Positions 1 through 10,188 of a stretch of DNA of 64,000 nucleotides are shown here, in pieces. This stretch comes from Candidatus Omnitrophota bacterium (GTDB taxonomy: Bacteria; Omnitrophota; Gorgyraeia; B26-G9). The position numbers were made by a program, and so were the translations under genes. Numbering within the stretch: the stretch's first letter is position 1; every line of letters begins with the position of its first letter. The DNA lies in NCBI GenBank assembly GCA_043805415.1, contig JAZDHZ010000039.1, positions 14,554 to 78,553 of the forward strand. Reading direction: 5' to 3'. Below the pieces are notes generated by a model. It had not been told where the DNA came from. It saw nothing but the letters and a program-made list of their open reading frames with translations, and searched no databases.

Positions 1-1
1 A

Positions 2-1336
2 ATACGGGCATCAAAAAACACCATAGAGGCCAGGATTGCCTTAATGGAAAATTTCGGCTTAAGCGAAATTCAATCGCAGGCAATTCTGGAAATGCAGCTG
101 CAGAGATTAACCGCCTTAGAGCGCGATAAAATCGAAAGCGAATATTTAGAGCTGATTAAAAAAATCAGCTTTTTGAAATCAATCCTGGATGATCCCAAAA
201 AAGTTTTAGCAATCATTAAAGAAGAATTGCTGGAGTTAAAAAAGAAATACGGCGATGAAAGAAGAACGCAGATCATTGCCGCGGTTGATGATTTGGAAAT
301 CGAAGATTTAATCGCGCAGGAAGAAGTGGTGATCACGCTTTCCCATGCCGGATATATTAAACGTTTGCCGGTTAGCGCTTATCGTAAACAGCGCCGCGGC
401 GGAGTAGGCGTATCCGGCGCTGGAATGCGCGAAGAGGATTTTATTGAGCAGCTGTTTGTGGCTTCTACCCATGATTATTTGCTTGTGTTTACCACTAAAG
501 GCAAAGTTTATTGGCTTAAGGTTTATGAAATTCCTCAAGCCGGACGCTTGGGCAAAGGCAAGGCAATTGTGAATTTACTTCAATTTGATCCAGGAGAAAC
601 AATTGCCGCGCTGATTCAGGTTAAAGAATTTAAGGAAGGCAATTTCCTGCTCATGAGCACCGCGGACGGACAAGTTAAAAAGACGGACTTAATGGCATAT
701 AGCAATCCGCGCAAAGGCGGGATTGTGGCAATTACGATCAGAGATAATGACGCTTTGATTTCCTGCCGCTTAACTGATGGGAATGAAGAAGTTTTCTTGG
801 CAACGCGCCAAGGCAAAGCCATTCGTTTTGCCGAGTCTGATGTGCGCGACATGGGGCGGACCGCGTCCGGAGTTCGCGGCATTTCCCTGTCTAAGGGCGA
901 TAAAGTAATCGGCATGGAACTTGTGCGCAAAGACGGTACCCTGCTTACAGTAACAGAAATGGGTTCAGGCAAAAGAACAAAAGTGGAAGAGTACCGCACT
1001 CAGACCCGCGGCGGCAAAGGCATAATTAATATTAAAACAACCGCGGCCCATGGCTTGGTTGTGGCAGTTAATTCAGTGACAGATAATGATGATTTAATGC
1101 TCATAACCTCCAGCGGCATGATTGTGCGTTCGCCGATTAAAGATATCCGGACAACTGGCCGCTCCACGCAAGGAGTTAGAATGATCAGACTGAAACAAGA
1201 TGATCGTTTAGTTGCTGTTGCCAGGCTGGCAGCAAAAGATGAGGAAGATGATATAGAGCTGGAAGACGATCCAAATTTAGCAGGCGATGCAAATATTGCA
1301 GAAGATGCAAGTCCAGAACAAGCAAACGAAATTTAA
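2..1336 (+). CDS. gyrA: DNA gyrase subunit A, C-terminal domain (5' part lies upstream of the window)
   Basis: The frame is open from position 2. The conserved 'SEIQAQAIL(E/D)MRLQRLT.LER' region, the beta-pinwheel repeats and the acidic D/E-rich tail are all typical of GyrA. Confidence 0.9.
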   Translation: MRASKNTIEARIALMENFGLSEIQSQAILEMQLQRLTALERDKIESEYLELIKKISFLKSILDDPKKVLAIIKEELLELKKKYGDERRTQIIAAVDDLEIEDLIAQEEVVITLSHAGYIKRLPVSAYRKQRRGGVGVSGAGMREEDFIEQLFVASTHDYLLVFTTKGKVYWLKVYEIPQAGRLGKGKAIVNLLQFDPGETIAALIQVKEFKEGNFLLMSTADGQVKKTDLMAYSNPRKGGIVAITIRDNDALISCRLTDGNEEVFLATRQGKAIRFAESDVRDMGRTASGVRGISLSKGDKVIGMELVRKDGTLLTVTEMGSGKRTKVEEYRTQTRGGKGIINIKTTAAHGLVVAVNSVTDNDDLMLITSSGMIVRSPIKDIRTTGRSTQGVRMIRLKQDDRLVAVARLAAKDEEDDIELEDDPNLAGDANIAEDASPEQANEI

Positions 1337-1742
1337 GTACATCCCGCATACTGCTGATATTGGTTTGCGCATAAGCGGTACGGATAATGCCGCGGTTTTT
1401 ATTAACGCGGCAATAGGGATGTTTTCAATTATTGCTAAACTAAAACAGCCGGAACCCACAACCGTTGAGTATCAGATAAAGCTTAATGCGGCTAATTTAG
1501 AAGAGCTGTTGGTTGCTTGGTTGAGCGAACTATTAACCTTGTCAGATATACACAATCTTTTTTTTACGCACTTCCAAATAAACCATCTCTCCGCCTCAAG
1601 CATAAATGCCCGCGTTCAAGCCGTTAAAATAAATAGCCAAAACATTGAAAAGAAAACAGAAATAAAAGCCGTAACATATAATGAATTAAGCATAAAGCAG
1701 GAAAAGCAGCGGATAATCGCTAAAGTGTTTTTTGATATATAA
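1305..1742 (+). CDS. archease (RtcB activator); start overlaps the gyrA 3' end (alternative ATG at 1287)
   Basis: The N-terminal 'IPHTADIGLRISG' matches the archease signature (E/Y)HTAD(I/V)G. It is about 145 aa and lies immediately upstream of rtcB. There is no start codon between the gyrA stop and the HTAD motif, so the start must overlap gyrA. Confidence 0.7.
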   Translation: MQVQNKQTKFKYIPHTADIGLRISGTDNAAVFINAAIGMFSIIAKLKQPEPTTVEYQIKLNAANLEELLVAWLSELLTLSDIHNLFFTHFQINHLSASSINARVQAVKINSQNIEKKTEIKAVTYNELSIKQEKQRIIAKVFFDI

Positions 1743-1774
1743 AAGCAGTGTATAGCTATTGACTAGGCAAAACA

Positions 1775-3223
1775 ATGACAAGTAAACTGCAAAGATTAGA
1801 TGAATTTCGGGTTCAAGTGCCGCAAGATTATAAGCCCGGTATGCTAACTCAAGGTATTATCTATGCGAATCAGCATATTTTAAATGATTTGTTTAAAGAT
1901 AAAGCCATAGAGCAAGTAGCAAATACCGCTTGTTTGCCAGGTATTCTTGGTTCAGCCTTGGCCATGCCTGACATTCACTGGGGTTATGGTTTTCCCATAG
2001 GCGGGGTAGTGGCAACAGACATAGATCAAGGTGGGGTAATATCGCCTGGCGGAGTTGGTTTTGATATAAATTGTGGAGTAAGGCTGCTTAAAACAGGGTT
2101 TTTGCTTGATGAAATCAAGCATAAAATCCCTGATTTGATTAAAAGTTTGTATCATGCTATTCCAGCAGGAGTTGGGTCAACCAGCAAATTAAAGCTTAAC
2201 CAAAAAGATGAACGCCAGGTCTTATTAAAAGGCGCTGGCTGGGCAGTTGAACAGGGATTTGGCAGCCAAGCTGACTTAGATAATACTGAAGAAAGCGGGT
2301 TTATAGAAAACGCAAACCCAGAGTTTATTTCGCAGCATGCATATCAAAGAGGCCAACAGCAATTAGGCACATTAGGTTCAGGTAATCATTTTATAGAAAT
2401 TCAGCTAATTGAGCAAGTTTATGATTCTCAGATTGCGGATGTTTTAGGGCTTAAGCTAAATCAGATTGTAATTATGATACACACTGGTTCGCGCGGTTTA
2501 GGGCATCAAATCTGCACAGATCACATTAAACAATTTCTCAGCTGTTTGAATAAATATAATATTAAAGTTCCTGACCGGCAATTAGCTTGCGCTCCAGTTA
2601 ATTCTAATGAAGGCAAAGCTTATTTAGGGGCAATGCGCTGCGCAGCAAATTATGCTTGGGCAAACAGACAAGTGATTATGCATCAAGTGCGGCAGACTTT
2701 TAAGCAAATATTAAAAGTGGGAGATAATACATTAAAAGCAGAGCTTATTTATGATGTAGCCCATAATATAGCCAAAATTGAGCAGCATGTGGTTAATGGT
2801 AAGAAAATGAACTTGTGTGTGCATCGCAAAGGCGCTACGCGTGCTTTTGGTCCAGGGCATCTGGATCTTAGCGCTAAACACAAGCAAATTGGCCAGCCAG
2901 TGATTATTCCCGGAGATATGGGAAGATGCTCTTATTTACTGGTAGGTACGAGCAAAGCAATGACTGAAACTTTTGGTTCAACTTGTCATGGCGCGGGCAG
3001 GGTAATGTCGCGCTCGCAAGCAAACAGAACTTTAAATAGTAAAACAATTTTACAGGATTTGGAGCATAAAGGCGTGTGTGTTATGGCAACTGATAAGCGG
3101 ATTATTTGTGAAGAAGCACCCCAAGCTTACAAAGATGTTAATGAAGTGGTGAATATTGTTGCTGGAGCAGGTATTTCAAAAAAAGTTTGCCGAATGCGGC
3201 CTTTAGGTGTTATAAAGGGATAA
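1775..3223 (+). CDS. rtcB: RNA-splicing ligase RtcB (3'-phosphate/5'-OH RNA ligase)
   Basis: The 482-aa protein carries RtcB motifs ('GSGNHFIEIQ', 'HTGSRGLGHQ', 'STCHGAGR'). It is paired with archease. Confidence 0.9.
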   Translation: MTSKLQRLDEFRVQVPQDYKPGMLTQGIIYANQHILNDLFKDKAIEQVANTACLPGILGSALAMPDIHWGYGFPIGGVVATDIDQGGVISPGGVGFDINCGVRLLKTGFLLDEIKHKIPDLIKSLYHAIPAGVGSTSKLKLNQKDERQVLLKGAGWAVEQGFGSQADLDNTEESGFIENANPEFISQHAYQRGQQQLGTLGSGNHFIEIQLIEQVYDSQIADVLGLKLNQIVIMIHTGSRGLGHQICTDHIKQFLSCLNKYNIKVPDRQLACAPVNSNEGKAYLGAMRCAANYAWANRQVIMHQVRQTFKQILKVGDNTLKAELIYDVAHNIAKIEQHVVNGKKMNLCVHRKGATRAFGPGHLDLSAKHKQIGQPVIIPGDMGRCSYLLVGTSKAMTETFGSTCHGAGRVMSRSQANRTLNSKTILQDLEHKGVCVMATDKRIICEEAPQAYKDVNEVVNIVAGAGISKKVCRMRPLGVIKG

Positions 3224-3309
3224 TAGAATAAATGACGAATTACTAATTTCTAAAAACTTGCGTCTTGTGTCTTGGTGACATGTGACCTTATTAATAATGG
3301 AGGGATTAA

Positions 3310-4593
3310 ATGCTAGACATTAGGCTGATCAGAGAAAACCCAGATATGATTAGAAATGCGATTAAAAACCGCAATATGAAACTGGAAATTAATGATTTAC
3401 TTGATTCAGACAAGCAATGGCGCGAGAAAAACGCGCAGGTTGAAGTACTTAAGCAGCAGCGCAATCAAGCATCTGATGAAATGGCCTTGCTTGTTAAGCA
3501 AAAGCAGGATATTACGGAAAAAAGAGCGACACTGAAAGATCTTTCCCAAAAAATTAAGGATTTTGATGATGAAGTGGGTATTTTAAGAGCTAAAATCGAT
3601 GCTATATTGCTTAATATCCCAAATATACCCCATAATTCAGTGCCAGTTGGTAAAGATGCCAAAGCTAATGTGCAGATTAGCGCCTGGGGCCAGCCAAAAA
3701 GCGATTTTGGGTTTAAATTAAAAGATCATATTGAATTAAGTGAATCTTTGGATATTATTGATTTTACAAGAGCAACTAAAATAACTGGTTCGAATTTTGT
3801 GCTGTATAAAGGTTTAGGCGCAAGACTGGAAAGAGCTTTAATTAATTTTATGTTGGGATTGCATACTCAAAAACATGGCTTTTTAGAAGTTTCTCCCCCA
3901 TTTATTGTAAATAGAGCGAGCATGACAGGGACTGGCCAGCTGCCGAAGCTGGAAGAGGATATGTATAGAGCAAATGAGGATGACTTTTTTCTTATTCCCA
4001 CAGCAGAAGTGCCAGTAACAAATATTCATCGCAATGAAGTGCTGGATGAAAAATCTTTACCGATTTATTATACCGCGTATACGCCTTGTTTTCGCAGAGA
4101 AGCTGGTTCTTATGGAAAAGATACACGCGGTTTACTTAGAGTGCATCAGTTTGATAAAGTGGAATTAGTAAAATTTGTTAAGCCGGAAACATCTTATGCT
4201 GAGCTTGAATCATTGCTGAAAAACGCCGAAGCTGTATTGCAGGCATTGGAATTACCTTATCGGGTAATTAGTTTATCTACTGGTGATATCAGCTTTGCCG
4301 CGGCGAAATGTTATGATATTGAAGTCTGGGCGTCTGGAGTAAATAATTGGCTGGAAGTTTCCAGCTGCAGTAATTTTGAGGATTTTCAAGCGCGCAGAGC
4401 AAATATTAGATACAAAGATACCGCGACTAATAAAGTTATGCATGTGCACACGCTTAATGGTTCAGGCATAGCCTTAGCCAGAACAGTGATCGCGATTATG
4501 GAAAATTACCAGCAAGCTGATGGATCGATTCTTGTGCCAAAAGCTTTGCAGCCATACATGGATGGATTGCAGGTTATTGAACCGAGAAAATAA
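3310..4593 (+). CDS. serS: seryl-tRNA synthetase
   Basis: The 427-aa protein has an N-terminal coiled-coil tRNA-binding arm and class II aaRS core motifs ('[21 protein letters not shown]', '[18 protein letters not shown]'). Confidence 0.92.
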   Translation: MLDIRLIRENPDMIRNAIKNRNMKLEINDLLDSDKQWREKNAQVEVLKQQRNQASDEMALLVKQKQDITEKRATLKDLSQKIKDFDDEVGILRAKIDAILLNIPNIPHNSVPVGKDAKANVQISAWGQPKSDFGFKLKDHIELSESLDIIDFTRATKITGSNFVLYKGLGARLERALINFMLGLHTQKHGFLEVSPPFIVNRASMTGTGQLPKLEEDMYRANEDDFFLIPTAEVPVTNIHRNEVLDEKSLPIYYTAYTPCFRREAGSYGKDTRGLLRVHQFDKVELVKFVKPETSYAELESLLKNAEAVLQALELPYRVISLSTGDISFAAAKCYDIEVWASGVNNWLEVSSCSNFEDFQARRANIRYKDTATNKVMHVHTLNGSGIALARTVIAIMENYQQADGSILVPKALQPYMDGLQVIEPRK

Positions 4594-4613
4594 GACAAGC
4601 GGATAATTAAAGC

Positions 4614-5285
4614 ATGCTCAAGCGTTTACTAAAAATTATTATTGGCATTGCTTTGCTGCCTGCGTGTATTGGCACAAGCAAGGCTTTTTATGATTTACTC
4701 CAATCTCTCGGCTCTGTAGAGCAAACCATGTTTTATTTTCTCAGCGGTATTGGTTTATATATAGTAATGTATTTTTCCGGTTTAAAGCTGAATTTTTTAT
4801 ATGTGCTGGGACATGAAACCGCGCATGCTGTTCTGGCGCTTGTTTGCGGCGCAAAAATCAAAGCGTTTAAAGTCTCATCCCAAGGCGGCAGCGTGGCCAC
4901 AACCAAGAGCAATGTGCTGATTAGCTTAGGCCCGTATTTTTTCCCGATATATACTGCCTTGATCGCGATTGTTTTTTTTTGCGGGGCAATGTTTTATCCT
5001 AACATTTATAATTATGCGCGGATTTTAATTTTGCTAATTGGCTGGTCAGTATCATTTCATTTTTTAATGACTTTACATAGTCTGCGCGTTGAACAGCCTG
5101 ATATCATGGAAAACGGCTATCTTTTTTCGCTCACGCTTATTTATCTGATCAATCTAATCATTATCGCTTTGCTTTTGGGTTTGCTGTTTAGACAGATAAA
5201 TATCCCGGGATTTTTCACCCAAAGCGCGATTTATACAAAAACCGCGGTAGTGTTTTTATGGGAACGAGCGCAGAGTTTTAAATAA
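4614..5285 (+). CDS. polytopic membrane protein with an HExxH motif (putative membrane-embedded zinc metallopeptidase, DUF3267-like)
   Basis: The 223-aa protein has about 5 TM helices. 'LGHETAHAVLALVCGA' carries a zincin-like HExxH. No closer family assignment is possible from sequence alone. Confidence 0.4.
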   Translation: MLKRLLKIIIGIALLPACIGTSKAFYDLLQSLGSVEQTMFYFLSGIGLYIVMYFSGLKLNFLYVLGHETAHAVLALVCGAKIKAFKVSSQGGSVATTKSNVLISLGPYFFPIYTALIAIVFFCGAMFYPNIYNYARILILLIGWSVSFHFLMTLHSLRVEQPDIMENGYLFSLTLIYLINLIIIALLLGLLFRQINIPGFFTQSAIYTKTAVVFLWERAQSFK

Positions 5286-6651
5286 AGGCCATTGGATCAA
5301 GGCCAATGGTAGAGGGATCAATCACTTCTTCCACAGTTCTTCCCGAGCGGTTTTGTTCCTGATCGGATAAATCAATTAACAAAGGATCGGCTAAAAGCTG
5401 GCCAGAGGCATCCATGATAATTTTAACCTGAGGCAGCAATAAAGCAGAGGGATGAGCTCTTTTGGTAATGGCAAATTCCATGGTATTTAATCTAACCAAA
5501 CTGCCCGGAGGATAGATGCCCATCATTTGGACAAAAATTTTAAAAAACGCGGGATCAAAATCACAGCCAACCAAACGCATCATGATTGCCAGGGCTTTAT
5601 CGCAAGGCAGCGGATTTTTATATGGACGCCTACTGGTAATCGCGTCATAAATATCACAGATATTTACAATTAAGGATAAAGGATGTAAAGCGGCAATATG
5701 CTCAACCTGCGGGTATCCGCTTAAATCATATTTCATATGATGCTGGCCGGCGATAATAATTGACAAATCGTCTATTACGCTTTGCTGCTCGAGAATCAGG
5801 GAGCCTAATAAGGCATGCTGCTGCATTATTTGCCATTCGTCTTTATCCAGTTTGCCGGGTTTGTTTAATATGCTCAAAGGAATCTTGGTCTTGCCAATAT
5901 CATGCAGAATTGATGCTCTGGCCAAATGATTCAGGACCATCGGATCATCAACTACTGTGGTTGCTAATGTAACCGAGAGAATAGCGACATTAGCGGAATG
6001 CGTAAAAGTATATTCATCATAGCTGCGCAAAGAAGCCAAAGCCAGACTTGAGGTGCTGTCTTGAGCAATCATCCGCGTGATATCCTGCGCGACTTTATCC
6101 ACAATATCCAAAGGCAGCGCTTTGCCGGATTGGATGGCGGCATAGACTAGTTTATTGGCTTCAATGCTGCTGCCGTAAACCTTATCCGCCTCGAGTAACT
6201 TGTCCTTGTCTTCATCTTCTTTTTTTTCGCGTTTTTTTTCCACAATAATGGTTAAAATATTGGCTTTGCCTAGTTCAGCCTGCAAGCCTTCGGCATTTAA
6301 GTGCTTGATTTTATCAGTTAACATCCGGACAAACAGACTTAAATGCTGCGGGGTTAATCCAATTTTAAAACAAACGCATTTTATCTCTTTTAGTTCCAGC
6401 GTTTGCACGACCTTTTCCACAGTGTGCTTTAGTTCATACAAGGGAATGCCGTCATGGGCAAATTGACCCTCGAGAATATCGAGGAATATTTCCGGAATAA
6501 CATTAAATCCTTCTTCTAAAGCAGCCAAAGTTTGCTGAGTTTGGGCAACAACATTCGGATGTTGGGGCGGATATAAACTGCTTTCAGTGAGCAAAAGCGA
6601 AAAGTTTTTAGCAAAAACTTTAACTACATGTTTGACAAGTGCCTGATCCAT
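5278..6651 (-). CDS. HD-GYP domain c-di-GMP phosphodiesterase with a novel N-terminal domain
   Basis: The C-terminal half has the HD motif ('ILHDIGK') and the HHxxxDGxGYP signature ('GQHHMKYDLSGYP'). The N-terminal ~200 aa share a motif ('L.A..LYP..HP') with the N-terminus of the upstream gene at 6688..8874. Confidence 0.8.
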   Translation of the reverse strand: MDQALVKHVVKVFAKNFSLLLTESSLYPPQHPNVVAQTQQTLAALEEGFNVIPEIFLDILEGQFAHDGIPLYELKHTVEKVVQTLELKEIKCVCFKIGLTPQHLSLFVRMLTDKIKHLNAEGLQAELGKANILTIIVEKKREKKEDEDKDKLLEADKVYGSSIEANKLVYAAIQSGKALPLDIVDKVAQDITRMIAQDSTSSLALASLRSYDEYTFTHSANVAILSVTLATTVVDDPMVLNHLARASILHDIGKTKIPLSILNKPGKLDKDEWQIMQQHALLGSLILEQQSVIDDLSIIIAGQHHMKYDLSGYPQVEHIAALHPLSLIVNICDIYDAITSRRPYKNPLPCDKALAIMMRLVGCDFDPAFFKIFVQMMGIYPPGSLVRLNTMEFAITKRAHPSALLLPQVKIIMDASGQLLADPLLIDLSDQEQNRSGRTVEEVIDPSTIGLDPMAFI

Positions 6652-6687
6652 TTATCGTCCTTTATAATCAGAGTTAATTCCCGAGTT

Positions 6688-8874
6688 TTATGGGCTCTGA
6701 AATTCTTTAAGCTGTGCCTTAGCAAAGTTGCGCAGCGCTTTATGTTCAGCTGGTAAAAATACTAGTTTTCTTTTTCTCCGGATTTCATTAAGAATGGTAA
6801 TCGTAAGCGTTTTATCCAGATTGCGTAATGATTTTAAAGCAGCGCTGCGAATATCATTGTTTAACAGTTCATCGGCACACAGGCCTTGCTCTCCACGGGC
6901 AATCAAAGCCAGGGCTGAGCGCACTTCCTTAAATCTAAACGCTGCTAAATATTCAATACAGACAATGCGCAGAGCAATATGCGGATGGGCAAGCGCTTGC
7001 AGCAGCATATTTAATGCGGCAGGTGATTTGCGGCTAGCAATAAGTTTTAAAGTTCTGTGCCCAAGGATCATATTTTCATGAAATAAAATCGGCCAAACAA
7101 CCGCCAGAATATCGTCATTATCAATTTGCTGCAGTAATTCCAGCAAACGCAAAATACTGTTTGTCGGCTCTTTGCATAAGTCAATTGTAAGTTTTAAACC
7201 CTCAAGGCTATGATGCGCTAAAAGAGTTTGCTTAACAACAGTATCTTTGGTTAAGTCGCCTTTTTGCGTATACAGCCGTAAAAGCAAAGCAATCAAACGA
7301 TGGGAAAATAATACAAATAAGTCCTCTAAACACAGGCGGGCTTTTTCTTCGTCGTAGCTTTTGAGCATTCCTAAAATAAATTTTTCAATCAGTACCTCAG
7401 GAATATTATCCAAAGCCTCAGTCAGGATAAGCTTGTGTTCATTGCTTAGCAATGACTGTTCTTTAAGCCGCATGGCAAAAAAGCGTAAAGCATGCGCGCT
7501 ATGTTCATTGTCTGTTCCTTGTAAAATGGTTTTGCTGATTTGCATGCATTTTTCCAGCAGCAGGTTAAACAGGGTTGTTTCCTGCGGTTCAGACAACAGG
7601 GCTTGGAGTATTTCCAGATGCGCTGGAATAGCGATATATTCTTCAATATGTTTCTTTAAACTGTCCTTGTCAATGTGCACGGTTTTTAAAACATTTAAAC
7701 CATTAAGAATATCCGTTTTTTCCTCGGAGCTGATCGCGCCCAGAGCCAGTTCCACATCATCTTCCATGGAAAACCCGGGAGCAAAAGCCGAGCAGATATC
7801 ATTAAGAATCGAAGTGGTTTTATCGGAGCGCTCCAGATCAGTAAGCAAAGTTTGCTTAAATGCCGGAAGAAAATTTAAAAAAGCCGTGCGGTCAATAAAC
7901 ATCCGGCCCAAAACATGTTTGGTGTGGGCAATAATATTTGAGCTTTGATCGGATTCAGTGATTTTTTTCACAAATAATTTGGCGGTTTGTTTGGCATCCA
8001 TTTCTTCAAGTAAATGACCGGCAGCCGCGGTGTATTGCAAAATCTCAGCATCGGGATTTTCAAATACCAGATCAAATAAGGCTTCATTAGCAAAAGCCGC
8101 GATTAAATCTTTGAGGATCGTGCGGATTTCCTCTTCTTCGGAAAGCTCTAAAGTCCGCATCGCGGTTTTTATTTTATTTAGGATTTTTAAAATCAGCTGG
8201 GTTTCGCTTAAATCCGAGGTTTCTTCGCGCAGAATATATTGCGCGGCGATTTTAATTAATTCACAAACCAAATTTGATTCCTGGAGCAATTCATAAAGAA
8301 AATGGGTTTGCTCAACATCCAGCGAAGTAATTTCATCATCAATAAAATAGCGAAATATTTGGCTATTGGTTAAACTGAGCAAACGCTCCTGATCAAGGGT
8401 CGAGTGCTTGCTAGAATAATATTCAATAATTCGAATGCCTTTAGAGCCTTTTTGCAAAAGGATCTTGCTGGCACCGCCCAAGGAAGATAGTTTCGCGGTA
8501 TCCAGATTAAACAGCTCAACCAATAAATCAATGTCAGTCAAGCCGGCGGCTGGATTAAAAATGATTTGGCGGATATAGCGTTTTTGCATTTCTTCGATAA
8601 AATCGTCAATGCCCGGCAGTTTATTATTATCTAAATGCATGTCTAAAATGAAAAGATTGTTTTCAAATATGCGAAATACCGCGACTTGTTTTTGTTGGAT
8701 AACTTCTTGTAAGGTCGCGTAGAATTTCTGTACAACCTGAGAGAGCATTTGATGGCCCTTGGGATAGAGATGTACGGCTTTGAGCATGCCGAATAAACTC
8801 GACGCGATCTGACAGGCAAGTTTTATGTCAGCAGCAGTAGATTCATGTTTATCATGAGCGGTGTATTGATCCAT
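6688..8874 (-). CDS. large HEAT/ARM-repeat protein. Its N-terminal domain is paralogous to that of the adjacent HD-GYP protein, but it lacks a catalytic HD-GYP domain.
   Basis: The 728-aa N-terminus 'LKAVHLYPKGHQMLSQVVQKF' resembles the HD-GYP protein's 'LTESSLYPPQHPNVVAQTQQTL'. The C-terminal ~150 aa contain HEAT-like repeats ('LQALAHPHIALRIVCIEYLAA', 'IRSAALKSLRNL'). It is probably co-transcribed with the HD-GYP gene, with a 36-bp gap. Confidence 0.5.
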   Translation of the reverse strand: MDQYTAHDKHESTAADIKLACQIASSLFGMLKAVHLYPKGHQMLSQVVQKFYATLQEVIQQKQVAVFRIFENNLFILDMHLDNNKLPGIDDFIEEMQKRYIRQIIFNPAAGLTDIDLLVELFNLDTAKLSSLGGASKILLQKGSKGIRIIEYYSSKHSTLDQERLLSLTNSQIFRYFIDDEITSLDVEQTHFLYELLQESNLVCELIKIAAQYILREETSDLSETQLILKILNKIKTAMRTLELSEEEEIRTILKDLIAAFANEALFDLVFENPDAEILQYTAAAGHLLEEMDAKQTAKLFVKKITESDQSSNIIAHTKHVLGRMFIDRTAFLNFLPAFKQTLLTDLERSDKTTSILNDICSAFAPGFSMEDDVELALGAISSEEKTDILNGLNVLKTVHIDKDSLKKHIEEYIAIPAHLEILQALLSEPQETTLFNLLLEKCMQISKTILQGTDNEHSAHALRFFAMRLKEQSLLSNEHKLILTEALDNIPEVLIEKFILGMLKSYDEEKARLCLEDLFVLFSHRLIALLLRLYTQKGDLTKDTVVKQTLLAHHSLEGLKLTIDLCKEPTNSILRLLELLQQIDNDDILAVVWPILFHENMILGHRTLKLIASRKSPAALNMLLQALAHPHIALRIVCIEYLAAFRFKEVRSALALIARGEQGLCADELLNNDIRSAALKSLRNLDKTLTITILNEIRRKRKLVFLPAEHKALRNFAKAQLKEFQSP

Positions 8875-8956
8875 AAATAGCGTCCCCTAATTATTTTATT
8901 ATTATAGCAAATGCCGAACAAAGGGGAAAGAAAAAAGTGGAAGTTTAAATTTTATT

Positions 8957-8985
8957 TTGAAACCGTTAAAGCGCTGTGGTATTAT
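8957..8985 (+). promoter_or_regulatory. candidate sigma70 promoter (TTGAAA-17 bp-TATTAT) for the FIST/GGDEF operon
   Basis: A -35 TTGAAA (8957-8962), a 17-nt spacer and a -10 TATTAT (8980-8985) sit in the divergent intergenic region about 55 nt upstream of the FIST gene. This is a sequence match only. Confidence 0.35.
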
Positions 8986-9041
8986 AACACACATAACATT
9001 AAAATTCTAAAAGCAGTTTGCCTTGGTTAAAAGGAGGGAAT

Positions 9042-10181
9042 ATGAAGATTGAACAAAGTATGAGAAGTGAACAAAAATGCTGGACGCCTTCAATATCCGG
9101 AAAGCTTAAGGAGTCCGCGCAATTAGTTTTATTGTTCGGAGGCACCGCGATAATTAAGAACGCGGAAGTTATTAAAGAAGTTCAGGGCTTGTATCCAAAA
9201 GCGTATCTGCTGGGCTGCTCAACAGCGGGTGAGATATGCGACACTCAGGTGAAAGACGATTCATTGGTATTGACAGCGGTTAATTTTGAACATAGCCGCG
9301 TTCAAAGCGCTAGCGTTGAAATTAATAATATGAATGATAGTTTCAATGGCGGAGAACGTTTGGCTAAATCCCTGGATTTGGAAGGGTTAACGCATGTGTT
9401 TGTTCTTTCTGATGGGCTTAATGTAAACGGCAGTGATCTTATTAGAGGAATTATGGCGCATTTACCGGAACAAGTCTCGGTGACCGGCGGATTATCCGGC
9501 GATGGCGCCCGCTTTAAGGAAACAGTTGTGTTGTTAAACGGCCAAGCAGTAAATAAATCGGTTGTAGCGATAGGCTTATACGGATCACGGATAAAGGTAG
9601 GATATTGTTCTTTGGGAGGTTGGGACCCCTTTGGTCCGGATAGAGTAGTCACACGTTCAAAAAATAATATTTTATATGAATTAGATGGTGAATCAGCATT
9701 GACATTGTATAAGCGATATCTGGGAGACCATGCCCAAAAATTACCTGCTTCTGGATTGCTTTTTCCTTTAAGCCTGAAGCGGGAAGATAGTGAAGATTGG
9801 ATTGTCCGGACAATCCTCGCGGTAAATGAAGAAGATCAGAGCCTGACGTTTGCCGGAGATATTCCTGAGGGGGCGAATGTTCGCCTGATGAAGGCTAATT
9901 TTGAAGGACTTGTTGACGGCGCAATTGGCGCGGCAAAAGGATGTCTGGAGGCTTTAAACAGTGTTTCGCCTGATCTAGCGATACTTATTAGCTGTGTCGG
10001 CCGTAAAATGGTCTTAAAGCAAAGAGTTGAAGAAGAAGTTGAAGGGGTGCGTAATGTTTTTGGCGAACATACGGTTTTAACCGGCTTCTATTCTTATGGA
10101 GAGATATGTCCTTTTACCCGAAACGCCAAGAGCGAACTGCATAATCAAACCATGACAATCACAGCCTTGTTGGAGGTTTAA
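9042..10181 (+). CDS. FIST-domain sensory protein (FIST-N + FIST-C)
   Basis: The start was chosen at the ATG at 9042 because a strong RBS (AAGGAGGG) lies 4-11 nt upstream; the ORF-track start at 9018 lacks an RBS. The 'LLGCSTAGEI' motif is typical of FIST N-domains. FIST proteins are commonly linked to GGDEF/EAL genes, as seen here. Confidence 0.65.
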   Translation: MKIEQSMRSEQKCWTPSISGKLKESAQLVLLFGGTAIIKNAEVIKEVQGLYPKAYLLGCSTAGEICDTQVKDDSLVLTAVNFEHSRVQSASVEINNMNDSFNGGERLAKSLDLEGLTHVFVLSDGLNVNGSDLIRGIMAHLPEQVSVTGGLSGDGARFKETVVLLNGQAVNKSVVAIGLYGSRIKVGYCSLGGWDPFGPDRVVTRSKNNILYELDGESALTLYKRYLGDHAQKLPASGLLFPLSLKREDSEDWIVRTILAVNEEDQSLTFAGDIPEGANVRLMKANFEGLVDGAIGAAKGCLEALNSVSPDLAILISCVGRKMVLKQRVEEEVEGVRNVFGEHTVLTGFYSYGEICPFTRNAKSELHNQTMTITALLEV

Positions 10182-10188
10182 AATCACG

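Noticed and set aside
616-999. Antisense ORFs inside well-supported genes (e.g. 616..999 -, 7361..7948 +, 11577..12092 -, 36301..36792 -, 54604..55215 -, 45474..45842 -)
   Set aside because: They lie entirely within, and antisense to, genes with strong homology-based support. Their translations are low-complexity or Ser/Arg-rich, with no recognisable domains.
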